This document shows positions 50,563 to 60,024 of a stretch of DNA of 64,000 nucleotides, piece after piece. Position numbers and translations under genes: made by a program. The stretch's first letter is position 1, and each line of letters begins with the position of its first letter. The notes beneath the pieces are model-generated. The model made no database searches, was not told the origin of the DNA, and worked only from the letters and a program-made list of their open reading frames with translations. Source of the DNA: an uncultured Methylomirabilota bacterium (lineage in GTDB: Bacteria; Methylomirabilota; Methylomirabilia; Methylomirabilales; 2-02-FULL-66-22); contig OY970067.1 in assembly GCA_963705305.1 (NCBI GenBank), positions 4,832,001 through 4,896,000 of the forward strand, given 5' to 3'.

Positions 50563-50785
50563 CCACGCGAGCATTTCCCTGGCCTAGTGGCGCTCCACGC
50601 ATATCCCGCCAGGAACCCAGGTTGGAATACAGGCCGGAGGGTCCTGGTGCATCCGCCGGTACCTCCGGCGCACCGATGCAGAATCTCTCGAGAGGCAGCT
50701 CAGGAGCCGCAGGGGGCAGGTCACCCCGGGACCCCAGTCGTTTGGGAGGTGCGAGAACACCGTCAGGTGGACCGGCTGAGCCCCC

Positions 50786-51205
50786 TTACGTGTCGGCTTC
50801 AAGGCGCTTGCCGAGACTCACAACATCGTCCACTTTAAACCCTATCCGCTGGTAGAACTCGATGACTTCACTGTTCGTGCTGCGCACCTGGAGGTTGATC
50901 TTCGGACAGCCGGCCGCCCGCAGGCGGGCCTCGGCCTCCTCCATCAGACGCTTGCCGATCCCGGCCCGCCGGCGCCCCGGAAGCACCGCCAGGTAGTTGA
51001 TCCAGCCGCGGTGCCCGTCGTACCCTGCCATGACGCTCCCGATGATTTCGCCGTCCAGGCAGGCGACCAGGAACAGGTCCGCCTGCACCCTGAGCTTCCG
51101 CGCGATGTCGCGACGGGGATCGTTCCAGGGAACGACCAGCCCGCAGTCCTTCCACAGGCGGACCACCGCCTCTTCATCGCCCGGGTCGAACGGTCGGATC
51201 TCCAT
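50786..51205 (-). CDS. GNAT acetyltransferase (YpeA-like)
   Basis: GSVMAGYDGHRGWINYLAV...GCPKINLQVR. Confidence 0.92.
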   Translation of the reverse strand: MEIRPFDPGDEEAVVRLWKDCGLVVPWNDPRRDIARKLRVQADLFLVACLDGEIIGSVMAGYDGHRGWINYLAVLPGRRRAGIGKRLMEEAEARLRAAGCPKINLQVRSTNSEVIEFYQRIGFKVDDVVSLGKRLEADT

Positions 51206-51355
51206 GCTCCTCATCTCCAAGCAGGGCGCTAACCCGGATAATTTCCGAAGGGGCCTGCGAGTCTTCGGCATCACATGATCAGCCAGTTCGCCTTCCCGCC
51301 AGAGCCCCTCTTCTGAGGCGGCGCCGGTCCGCCCGGGCCGGGAGCCGGGCGGCTC

Positions 51356-52576
51356 CTACGGTTGCGCCGGTGCCGCCTCCCGCTCGCGAGCCTCCTCCAG
51401 CGCCTGCCACAGTCCCTCCTGCGTCTCCAGGGGCTGCCGCTCCGCCTCGAGCAACTTCTGTTGGGCCTCGAGCACTCCCGCCTCGCTTTTCGTCGTCTCG
51501 ACCCGGAACTTGAACAGCTCGCTCGGAATCGCCACGATCGACTTCGCCAGCTCCACCGGGATGCTCACGAATCCGACCGCCTCGCTCGGCCGGGTGATCT
51601 TCGAGCTCTTCAACATCCCGTTCTCGAACTCGACCATCTGCGTGAACTTCACGAATGCGGGCCGGGCGATGTCGAATGCAAGGACGGGGGCGGCGTTCGG
51701 GAGATAGATCGTCTGGGCGGTCCGAACGCTTTCCGTGGCGTCCGACTCCTCCCTGGTCCGAAAGCTGATGACGTAGGGCAAAGCGGGGCGATAATAAATG
51801 CCGTCCCGCGCCTCGCCTGAGGCGGGCGTCGGGGTGAGCGCGTCGCCCGCCGGGGGGAAAGCGGGCGGCCGGACGTCGACGACAAGATTGCATCCCCGCG
51901 TGTCCAGATCCCGATTGAGGGCTTCGACCGCCCCGGCGTCCGTCGGGTCGAGGATCGCTTCGTATCGGAAGGGTCCCTGCTTGCGGTCCAGGGCCTTCAC
52001 GCCTGTGGGTAATCCGGTCGACGCCTTCATGACTTCCTTGGCCAGCTCGGCGACCTTCACCACTACCTGACCGGCCTTTCCTTCCGAAGTTGTCTCCACC
52101 TTGGCGAGGAGCCCGTTGGCGGCCAGGGTGATCGTCACCTGATCGTCGGCGAAGATATCACCCAGATGGGAGAGCGTGAACAGGTAGCGGGGGTCGGGTT
52201 CCGTCAGCGTCTCCTGCAGGGTCAGCGTGCACGCCCTCCCCGTGGCAATTCCCGCCGTGGTTGTCTTTGACGTCTCCGAGGTGGTTGTGGTCGACTTCCT
52301 GGTAGTCTTCTCCCCCTCGGTGGTTTCGGTCGTTGCGGCTTTGGACTCCCGCTCCCTGGAGATCTTCCGCTCGCCGGCCGCACTCTTCCGCTCGGCGATC
52401 AACCGGACCTTCACCATGGGCAGGAAGTAGTAGGCGGTGGCCGGGGAGGGATCGTTGACGGACGAGGCGGTCGTCAGGTGTCTCGACGCCACCACGCCAC
52501 CGCAGCCGCCGAGCAGTACGGGCCAGGCGAACAGCCAGCCTGCGAGCGCGATGCCGATGCGCGGGAGCCTCCTCAT
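51356..52576 (-). CDS. Hypothetical lipoprotein, two related domains
   Basis: 406 aa, lipobox LLGGC, GGAGGA RBS. Confidence 0.85.
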   Translation of the reverse strand: MRRLPRIGIALAGWLFAWPVLLGGCGGVVASRHLTTASSVNDPSPATAYYFLPMVKVRLIAERKSAAGERKISRERESKAATTETTEGEKTTRKSTTTTSETSKTTTAGIATGRACTLTLQETLTEPDPRYLFTLSHLGDIFADDQVTITLAANGLLAKVETTSEGKAGQVVVKVAELAKEVMKASTGLPTGVKALDRKQGPFRYEAILDPTDAGAVEALNRDLDTRGCNLVVDVRPPAFPPAGDALTPTPASGEARDGIYYRPALPYVISFRTREESDATESVRTAQTIYLPNAAPVLAFDIARPAFVKFTQMVEFENGMLKSSKITRPSEAVGFVSIPVELAKSIVAIPSELFKFRVETTKSEAGVLEAQQKLLEAERQPLETQEGLWQALEEAREREAAPAQP

Positions 52577-52855
52577 TGCGTCCTCCTCCGTCTCACAGGG
52601 CCAGGCCAGACGGTTACGGGTCGGCCCTGCCCGGTTGCGCGGGCGTCTGGGGGATCGGGAGACTCTTGAACCTTCTTGGCCGATACGCGTGTATAGGGCG
52701 GGGGCGTGCCGGGGCTCCGGGGCCCGGGCGGCTCCCGTTCGGTTCGGATGGCACTGCTGGATCCCGGCAGCGGAGCGATCTCGCTGGGCCGGTGGGGGAC
52801 GCTCTGTGCCGGAGGAAATGGGGTGATGAATTCTATCCGGAAGGCGGGAAGGGAA

Positions 52856-53497
52856 TCAAGCCATTTCCTGCCGGTGGCGCCCCCGCGGAGATCCGGGGAC
52901 GGAACGGGCCGGCCGCGCCAGGCCTTCCTGGATGGCCCGCCACAGCTCCGACGCCCCCTCGCCCGTCTCGGCCGAGAAAAAGAGCGGCGCCTCGGGATCC
53001 GAAAGGCTCAACGCCCGCGCCACCGCGGCGCGCGCCGCTTGCCGCCGGCCTTGCGGCACCTTGTCCGCCTTGGTGAGCGCCAGCACCGACGGCAAGGCCG
53101 CGGCGGCCAGGAACTCCTGCAGCTCCCGGTCCTTCTCCGTCGGCTCATGGCGCGCATCCAGGATGTGGATGACCCCGCGAAGTGGCTCTCGTCCGGCCAG
53201 GTACCCCTCCACCAGCGCCCACCAGGCTTCCTGCACACGTCGCGGGACCTTGGCGTACCCGTAGCCCGGCAGGTCCACGAACAGGAATCGGTCGTTGACC
53301 TTGTAGAAGTTGATGGTTTGGGTCCGGCCGGGGGTGGCGCTGGTCCGGGCCAACTTCTGCCGGCCGAGCAGCCGGTTGATCAGCGACGACTTGCCCACGT
53401 TGGACCGGCCGGCAAAGGCGAACTCGGGCCAGGAGCCGCGGGGAAACTGGTCGGCCCGTCCCGCCACCTGAAGAAGATCGGCGCTCTCGACGCGCAT
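52856..53497 (-). CDS. engB: Ribosome biogenesis GTPase EngB (YihA/YsxC)
   Basis: GRSNVGKSSLIN, PGRTQ, DLPGYG, TKADK. Confidence 0.96.
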   Translation of the reverse strand: MRVESADLLQVAGRADQFPRGSWPEFAFAGRSNVGKSSLINRLLGRQKLARTSATPGRTQTINFYKVNDRFLFVDLPGYGYAKVPRRVQEAWWALVEGYLAGREPLRGVIHILDARHEPTEKDRELQEFLAAAALPSVLALTKADKVPQGRRQAARAAVARALSLSDPEAPLFFSAETGEGASELWRAIQEGLARPARSVPGSPRGRHRQEMA

Positions 53498-53548
53498 GCG
53501 AGCTGCCCCCTGGAACGACGGCCCCGGAAGTCCCCGGCGGCTGCGCCG

Positions 53549-53577
53549 AGTATACCATCCCGGCCGGCGACCTCCAA
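53549..53577 (-). promoter_or_regulatory. Extended -10 promoter of engB
   Basis: TTGGAG-N17-TATACT with TGG before -10. Confidence 0.5.
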
Positions 53578-53664
53578 TGCCCGGCGCGCCCGAGACGCTT
53601 GACCCCTGTCGCGGGCCCGTGCTACAAGAGGCCGGCGCCCACGGTCTGCCAATCGGAGGTGGCG

Positions 53665-54054
53665 ATGAGCGGAATCGCAGTGGGATTGCGCGGGACGGCC
53701 CGCCTGCGGGTCGCGCCCCAGCACACGGCTGAAACCCTGGGAAGCGGCGACGTGCCTGTCTTCGGCACCCCCGCACTGGTGGCCCTGATGGAGAGGGCCG
53801 CCGTGAACGCCCTGGCCGGCCGCCTGGCGCCGGACGAGACCAGCGTGGGCACCTGGATCGACCTGGCCCACCTCGCCGCCACCTCCGTCGGCGCCGAGGT
53901 GCGGGCCGAGGCCGAGCTTGTCGCTGTCGAGGGCCGCTCGCTGACCTTCGCCGTGACGGCCTCCGACACGCGGGAGAAGATCGGCGAGGGGCGCCACCGG
54001 CGGGTCGTCGTCACGCGGGACCGGTTCCTGCGAAAGCTCGAGGAGAAGCGCTAG
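53665..54054 (+). CDS. Thioesterase, fluoroacetyl-CoA thioesterase (FlK)-like hotdog fold
   Basis: VFGTPALVALMERAA...SVGT...HLAAT...IGEGRHRR; GGAGG RBS. Confidence 0.9.
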   Translation: MSGIAVGLRGTARLRVAPQHTAETLGSGDVPVFGTPALVALMERAAVNALAGRLAPDETSVGTWIDLAHLAATSVGAEVRAEAELVAVEGRSLTFAVTASDTREKIGEGRHRRVVVTRDRFLRKLEEKR

Positions 54055-55121
54055 CCCGCCACCCGCCCCGCCACGAGATCCCCCACCTCCGACGTGGTGT
54101 GGCCCATCTGGCCGGCGGCCAGGTTCCGCACCTTGTTCGCCGTCACCCATGCGACGGCCTCCTCCACACTCTTGGCGGCGGCCTCCTCACCCAGGGTGTC
54201 CAGCATCATGCCGCCCGCGCAGATGGCCGCCAGCGGGTTGATAACGTTTTTGCCCGCATACTTCGGGGCGGAGCCGCCCATCGGCTCGAACATGCTCACC
54301 CCGCCGGGATTGATGTTGCCCCCGGCGGCGATGCCCAGCCCGCCCTGGGTGATGGCGGCAAGGTCGGTGATGATGTCCCCGAACATGTTCCCGGTGACGA
54401 TCACGTCGAAGGCCTCCGGGTTCTTGATCATCCACATGCAGATGGCGTCCACGTGGTAGTATTCCCGCTTGATGTCCGGGTAATCCCGCTCCCCCATCTC
54501 GTGGAACGCCCGCTCCCACATCTCGTACATGTAGGTGAGCACGTTGGTCTTGCCGCACAGCGCCAGCGTCTTCTTCTTGTTCCGCCGCCGTGTGACCTCG
54601 AAGGCGTAGCGCAGGCAGCGGTCCACCTGGTGGCGGGTGTACATGGCCGTCTGCATGGCCACCTCGTGCGGCGTGCCCTTCATCATCACCCCGCCGGCCC
54701 CGGTGTACACGTCCCCCGTGTTCTCGCGCACCACCACATAGTCGATGTGCTCCGGCCCCTTGTCCTTCAACGGGCACTCCACGCCCGGGAAGAGCTTCAC
54801 CGGCCGCAGGTTGATGTACAGGTCCAGATCGAAGCGCATCTGGAGGAGGATCCCCTTCTCCAGGAGGCCCGGCGTGATCCCCGGCTGGCCGATGGCGCCC
54901 AGCAGGATCGCATCGAAGCCCCGCAGCTCTTGCAGGACGGAGGGCGGCAGGATGTCGCCCGTCCGCAGGTACCGCGCGGCCCCCAGATCGTATTCCGTGA
55001 AGGCCAGCGAGAAGCCGTGTTTGGCCTGCACTGTCTTCAGGACCTTCACCGCCTCCCGGATCACCTCAGGGCCGGTCCCGTCTCCGGGAATCAATGCGAT
55101 CTTGTAGCTCTTCTGGCTCAT
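54051..55121 (-). CDS. leuB: 3-isopropylmalate dehydrogenase
   Basis: [42 protein letters not shown]; substrate within the family is inferred. Confidence 0.85.
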   Translation of the reverse strand: MSQKSYKIALIPGDGTGPEVIREAVKVLKTVQAKHGFSLAFTEYDLGAARYLRTGDILPPSVLQELRGFDAILLGAIGQPGITPGLLEKGILLQMRFDLDLYINLRPVKLFPGVECPLKDKGPEHIDYVVVRENTGDVYTGAGGVMMKGTPHEVAMQTAMYTRHQVDRCLRYAFEVTRRRNKKKTLALCGKTNVLTYMYEMWERAFHEMGERDYPDIKREYYHVDAICMWMIKNPEAFDVIVTGNMFGDIITDLAAITQGGLGIAAGGNINPGGVSMFEPMGGSAPKYAGKNVINPLAAICAGGMMLDTLGEEAAAKSVEEAVAWVTANKVRNLAAGQMGHTTSEVGDLVAGRVAG

Positions 55122-55213
55122 GGTCGCACCCTCTACTGATGTCGTGAGTTGGAAAGTCAGGAACGGATTCGGCGGGTCGCCGGGCCGCCCCTCCGGCCGC
55201 CCGAGCGGTCCGC

Positions 55214-55242
55214 ACAGTACCAGTGGAGTCCGGGGCTGTCAA
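55214..55242 (-). promoter_or_regulatory. Sigma70-type promoter of leuB
   Basis: TTGACA-N17-TACTGT with extended -10 TG. Confidence 0.6.
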
Positions 55243-56162
55243 GGCATTCGGCCGGGCCCCAGGTGGCTCACCGGGCCGGCGGCGGCCACGCGGCCCCCTA
55301 CCGGCCGGCCGACCAGCTCCCCGGCCAGCCGGGCGCAACCGATGAGCCTCTCCAGGTCCACGCCCGTCTCCACCCCCATCTCGTGCAGCATGTGGACGAG
55401 GTCCTCGGTGGCCACGTTCCCGGTGGCGCCAGGGGAATAGGGGCAGCCCCCCAGGCCCCCCACCGATGCGTCGAAGACGGTCACGCCCGCCTGGAGGCCG
55501 GCCAGGACGTTGGCGAGCCCGGTCCCGCGCGTGTCGTGGAGATGCAAACCCAGATGGGGCAGCGGGACGCGGTCCGCCACGCGGGAGATCAGATCCCCCA
55601 CCTGCCGCGGGTTGCCCATCCCGCTGGTATCCGAGAGACTGATCTCGTCCGCGCCCATTCCGCGCAGGGCCTCGGCGATCCGCAGGACCGCCGCCGGATC
55701 CACATCCCCCTCAAAGGGGCAGCCGAAGCACATCGAGATCGCGCCCTTCAGCCTGAGGCCGGCCGCTGTGGCGGCCGCGGCCACCTCGGCGGAGGCCTCC
55801 AGCGCCTGGGCGATGCTCTTGTTGATATTCTTGCGGGAGTGCGTCTCGCTGGCCGAGAGGAAGAGAACAACCTCGTCCACCCCGGCGGCCAGCGCCCGCT
55901 CCAGACCCTTCAGGTTCGGAACCAGCGCCGCATAGCTCACCCCGGACCGGCGCGGGACTCCCGCCAACACCTCGCCGGCATCCGCCAGGTTGGGAACCCA
56001 CGTGGGGGAGACGAAAGAGGTGGCCTCCATCCGGCGGATTCCCGCCTCCGCCAGGGCCCCGATCAACCGGATCTTTCCGGCGGTCGGGACCGGTCGCGCC
56101 TCGTTCTGAAGCCCGTCCCGCGGACCTACCTCGCAGATCTCGACACGCGCTGGGAGCCGCAT
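55239..56162 (-). CDS. Hydroxymethylglutaryl-CoA lyase family protein
   Basis: EVGPRDGLQNE, FGCPFEG, HLHDTRG, GGLGGCPY..GATGNVATED. Confidence 0.93.
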   Translation of the reverse strand: MRLPARVEICEVGPRDGLQNEARPVPTAGKIRLIGALAEAGIRRMEATSFVSPTWVPNLADAGEVLAGVPRRSGVSYAALVPNLKGLERALAAGVDEVVLFLSASETHSRKNINKSIAQALEASAEVAAAATAAGLRLKGAISMCFGCPFEGDVDPAAVLRIAEALRGMGADEISLSDTSGMGNPRQVGDLISRVADRVPLPHLGLHLHDTRGTGLANVLAGLQAGVTVFDASVGGLGGCPYSPGATGNVATEDLVHMLHEMGVETGVDLERLIGCARLAGELVGRPVGGRVAAAGPVSHLGPGRMP

Positions 56163-56331
56163 GGCTCGCGCCTCGCTCCTCTTCTCCGAAGACGGCTGCA
56201 GGATACCATTCGAATTTCGAAATCCAAATTTCCCCTGCTCCGGTTCCCCGGTTCTCCGCTTCCGCGCGTCTCCCCCGCTCCCCTTTGCGTGCTCGGCGGC
56301 TTGGCGTGAGGCGGTTTTTTTCGGATCGGGA

Positions 56332-56640
56332 TCAGCCCCACCCCTCATCCCCCGGGAAGAGGCTCAGGTGACGGACTCCCTGCCGTGGCTGGGCCATCCA
56401 GGGTGCCACCGTCTCCCGCCAGCGGAGATAGTGCGGGGTCTGCTGGTGGCGGCCAAAGTCCTCCTTCGTCCGGTAGACCTCATAGAGGAAGAACCGTGCG
56501 GGATCGGCCTCGCACTGCAGGACGTCGAATCGGACGTTGCCGGGCTCCGTCCGGCTCTGCCGGGCGTTTTCCAGCACGGCCTCGATGAAGGACTCCATCT
56601 GTTCGGGAAGAACGTGCACGGTAACGCACACAACGTACAT
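56332..56640 (-). CDS. Antibiotic-biosynthesis-monooxygenase fold protein (LsrG-like)
   Basis: EPGNVRFDVLQ...FFLYEVY...HQQTPHYLRWRETVAPWMAQPR. Confidence 0.88.
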   Translation of the reverse strand: MYVVCVTVHVLPEQMESFIEAVLENARQSRTEPGNVRFDVLQCEADPARFFLYEVYRTKEDFGRHQQTPHYLRWRETVAPWMAQPRQGVRHLSLFPGDEGWG

Positions 56641-56720
56641 GGATGCGTCCTCCAGACCTTGCAGCCTCCTTCGATTCGTACCGGCTGCGGCCCCGTCCGG
56701 ACCCGGCGTGCCGGGCCGGA

Positions 56721-57551
56721 TCAGCGCATTGTCTCGAGCCGCACGCCGTCCATGTCGTCAAAGGTCTGGTTCTCGCCCCCCATGGCCCAGCAGAAGGTGT
56801 ATCGCCCCGTGCCCGCGGCGCAGTGGATGGACCAGGCGGGCGAGATCACCGCCTGCCGGTCCGCCACCACGAGGTGGCGCGTCTCCTGGGGGCGGCCCAT
56901 GAAGTGGAACACGTGGGCGCCCGGCGCCAGGTCGAAGTAGAGATACACCTCCGAGCGGCGCGTGTGGGTGTGGGGCGGCATAGTGTTCCAGGCGCTCCCC
57001 TCGTCCAGCTCGGTGAAGCCCATCACCAGCTGGCAGCTCTTGATGCCGTCGGGATGGATGTACTTGCGGATCGTGCGCTGGTTGCATTCGGCCTGCGTCC
57101 CCAGGCGGACCGCCGCCGCCTCCGCCCGGCGGGCGCCGGCGGTCGGGTAGCTCGCGTGGGCGGGGTAGCTCACCAGATAGAACTGCGCCGGCTGGCGGGC
57201 GTCCTCGCTGGCGAAGGTCACGTCGCGGCTGCCGCGGCCGACGTAGAGCGCGTCCCGGTTCCCCAGGACGAAGCGCTGGCCGTCCACCTGGACCGCACCC
57301 GCTCCCCCGACGTTCAGGATGCCCAGCTCGCGCCGCTGGCAGAAGAACTCCGCCCGCAGCTCGTCGGAGGCGGACAGGCCGAGCGGGCGCTCCAGGGGAG
57401 TGGCCGATCCCACGATCACCCGCTCCACATCGGCATACAAGAGCGTCAGCTGGCCCGGCGGGAACAGGGATGTGACCAGGAAGTTCTCCCGCAACTCGGC
57501 GGCGGTCATCGTGGCGTAGCGTGTCGGATCCGGAAGGAATCTGGTTTCCAT
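56721..57551 (-). CDS. kduI: 5-dehydro-4-deoxy-D-glucuronate isomerase
   Basis: RRELGILNVGG, SCQLVMG, WNTMPPHTHTRRSEVYLYF, WAMGGENQ. Confidence 0.95.
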   Translation of the reverse strand: METRFLPDPTRYATMTAAELRENFLVTSLFPPGQLTLLYADVERVIVGSATPLERPLGLSASDELRAEFFCQRRELGILNVGGAGAVQVDGQRFVLGNRDALYVGRGSRDVTFASEDARQPAQFYLVSYPAHASYPTAGARRAEAAAVRLGTQAECNQRTIRKYIHPDGIKSCQLVMGFTELDEGSAWNTMPPHTHTRRSEVYLYFDLAPGAHVFHFMGRPQETRHLVVADRQAVISPAWSIHCAAGTGRYTFCWAMGGENQTFDDMDGVRLETMR

Positions 57552-57676
57552 GGGCGTCTCCCTCGTTGGAGTTCGTGTAAGTGCCGTGGCCCCGGTCTGG
57601 GTGTCCGTCCGGCAGGCCGCCGGGCCGGGCCGCCTCTGCGGGGAGGGCCCCCCTGCCCTCTCGCACGATCGTCGCT

Positions 57677-58105
57677 TCATGGCTCCGCCGGAAACTTCCC
57701 GCCGGAGGTCCGGGGAACGGTGGGGGTCCAGGGCCCTGCGACCCGACGGGCCTCGCCATCGCCGGGCCACGGCGGCACGGTGATCCCCACGGCCGACAGC
57801 GGCTCGGGGCCGAAAGCGCGGAACTGAAAATGGGTGCCGACCGGAATGGTGATGCAGACTCCGGGCTCGACGGCGGTCAGGGCCTCTTGCGCCTCGAGCT
57901 TTCGCCACAGCTCGCCTCGGCCGCGCAGGAAGAACCAGATCTCCTCGACGGTCCGGTGAGCCACCGCAGTCGAGGTCTCTCCCGGAGCAAGCTCGAAGTG
58001 CGCCATGCTTCCACCCGGCAGCGCCAGCAGGAGGCGAACGGCGGACCCATCCGGAGCCGTCGCGTCGGACGCCACGGGCAGACGCTTGGTCTCGAATCCC
58101 GGCAT
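57677..58105 (-). CDS. Cupin-domain protein
   Basis: AHRTVEEIWFFLRGRG...IPVGTHFQFR...PPWPG. Confidence 0.9.
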   Translation of the reverse strand: MPGFETKRLPVASDATAPDGSAVRLLLALPGGSMAHFELAPGETSTAVAHRTVEEIWFFLRGRGELWRKLEAQEALTAVEPGVCITIPVGTHFQFRAFGPEPLSAVGITVPPWPGDGEARRVAGPWTPTVPRTSGGKFPAEP

Positions 58106-58177
58106 ACGCTGTTCCTCACAACCCTGGCAGGGCAGAACCCGGCGCGGGCGTCCCGCCCCTCCGCCGCGCCACCACGG

Positions 58178-58207
58178 ATGCTATGCCCGAGTCGAAGGTC
58201 GTGTCAA
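58178..58207 (-). promoter_or_regulatory. Sigma70-type promoter of the cupin-kduI cluster
   Basis: TTGACA-N18-TAGCAT. Confidence 0.5.
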
Positions 58208-58271
58208 GCCGCGCCGGTCAGCCGCCGGGGTCGTGACGCCGCTTGACACTAGGGTCTGAAAGGACGAGAGG

Positions 58272-58625
58272 TTAGGCGCGGTTGTCAGCCGGAGTTGCGC
58301 CTGGGTTGCGTCGAGGCTCTATCAGGATCGCTTGGAGCGCATCCGCGGCCGCCCGGGTCGCCGCGGGGGTCAGATGGCTGTAGATGTCGACCGTGATCGC
58401 AACGCTGCTGTGTCCGAGCTGTCGGGAGACCACGAGGAGCGGCACGCCCCGCTGGAGGGCCAGGCTGGCGTAGGCGTGCCGGAGGTCGTGGAGCCGGACG
58501 AGGCGCGGAATGCCGGCAGCCGTGAGGCAGCGGCGGAAGGCCGCCCGGATCAAGTCCAGCCACGATCGCAGGTCCGCCACCGTGGCCAGGAAGCGGGTCA
58601 GCTCCGGCTCGGTAAGCCACTCTGG
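58272..58625 (-). pseudogene. Tyrosine recombinase/integrase remnant (C-terminal, internally deleted)
   Basis: [12 protein letters not shown]...[15 protein letters not shown] catalytic motifs; N-terminal domains and first catalytic Arg box absent. Confidence 0.85.
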
Positions 58626-58690
58626 CCTGCCCCCAGCGAGCGGTGGCAGAACCGGCGGGTGCCATCCATGCGCCCGCAGTTATCGCTCCC

Positions 58691-58977
58691 TCAAGAAACG
58701 GCTGGCGGCTCCGGCGGTCCCTGTAGACCTGATTCACCCTTGGCTTCCGGCGGCCCCGGAGGGCCCGCCTCGCCCCTCTCGCCTCGGCGTCCCGGTGGCC
58801 CCTGCGCTCCCGCGGGTCCCGGTGGGCCGGGCGCACCTTTCGCCCCCCTGGGGCCGGCCGGCCCCGGCGCGCGGCTTTCTTGAGCTTCTTCCCCTCGCCG
58901 CTCGCGGCCGCGGTCGGCTGCGCTTGAACTGATGAGGTCTTCCCTTTGGCAGCTTTTCCTGCGGGTTTCCTAGCCAT
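58691..58977 (-). pseudogene. Small basic protein with collagen-like Gly-X-Y domain, one base missing near 58871
   Basis: [21 protein letters not shown]...KKLKKA then in another frame [39 protein letters not shown]...; 287 nt = 3n+2. Confidence 0.7.
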
Positions 58978-59039
58978 GGCGACACCTCCCATCCAGCGTG
59001 TAGGGCGGAGAGAACCGAGGACCCTGCCCGGCCCCGCGT

Positions 59040-59402
59040 TCAACAGGTGACGTGGAACAGGCCGATGGCGGCTCCCGTCGCCGCATTCCAGGCGGCGCTG
59101 GCGCGCGGGGTCGGGTAAAGCTCCACGGCGCAGTCCTTCTGCCGGAAGTACTCGGCCGCCTCCTCAGAGAGCGTGAGGGCGCCGCGGTGGCCGGTCCCCA
59201 CGATCAGCCGTCTTGCCCCCCGCTCGAAGACGGCTCGGGCCTCGTCCAGGGACATCGTGTGCGACGTGCCGTACACCGCCTTCGACAACTTCTTCTTCCG
59301 TTTCGTCACCGCCCCGTCCAGGTGGATGACAATGTCGTGCTCGTACTCCGCTCCCGCGATCGTAATGCTGCCGAACCGGGTGGCGTCGATGCGCGGATGC
59401 AC
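59040..59402 (-). CDS. Mth938-like domain protein
   Basis: FGSITIAG.EYEHDIVI...KRKKKLSK..YGTSH...VGTG..G...FHVTC; GTG start with GGAGG RBS. Confidence 0.85.
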   Translation of the reverse strand: MHPRIDATRFGSITIAGAEYEHDIVIHLDGAVTKRKKKLSKAVYGTSHTMSLDEARAVFERGARRLIVGTGHRGALTLSEEAAEYFRQKDCAVELYPTPRASAAWNAATGAAIGLFHVTC

Positions 59403-60024
59403 GGCCTGTCCTCCCGCCACGATCCGCCCGCGGACCGCTGCTAGTGGACAGAAATAGGATGGATGAGCCCGCAGGCTCAGGATGGTCTTGGAGGGAGCAA
59501 AATCAAGAGCCAGGGCCAACTGGGCCCGTCGTGTGCCAGGGGAATCGGCGAGCGCCCCTCTGGAGGGTCGGCAGAGGGAACGCGGGCCTGCAATGTAAAC
59601 TTTTTACGCCTGCCGCAGTGCTTCTGTCAAGTCTCCTGGTCACGTCCGTGATCGGCTCAGGATGCCCCGTTTCCTCTCGTGGGGCTGCATCGAGCCGGGA
59701 ATGTTTCACGATCTCTCACAGGTGCCTGGGGGGCCGCGCCTTGGAGGCAATCGATACTCAATGCCGGGGTGCTGCCCGGATTCCGCAGGAAAAAACAGGC
59801 AGTCTGGAGCTGGCCCATGATGTGCTCGATGGGGATCTCTTCAGGAATCACCTCAGAAACTCGCAACACTTTGTGGCAGGTTTCCAGGAGATAACGGCCG
59901 TCGCCGCGGCCGACTCGCACCACTTCGGCCCTTCTGTTGCGAGTCTCGGATGCCGGCTGCCCCCTCAATCCAGCGGCTGACCGCCGTCAAGGAGTCGAGG
60001 GGGGGTCTTCCCAGGTCCTCCCAC

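Noticed and set aside
50563..50790. Small ORFs and a hairpin between higA and the GNAT gene
   Set aside because: No family similarity and no U-tract; insufficient support for a gene or terminator
58285..59043. 252-aa minus-strand ORF across the collagen and integrase relics
   Set aside because: Only the MARK... leader looks coding; the rest is out of frame with both relics
59657..59968. 103-aa minus-strand ORF
   Set aside because: No recognisable motif or clear RBS; cannot support a call
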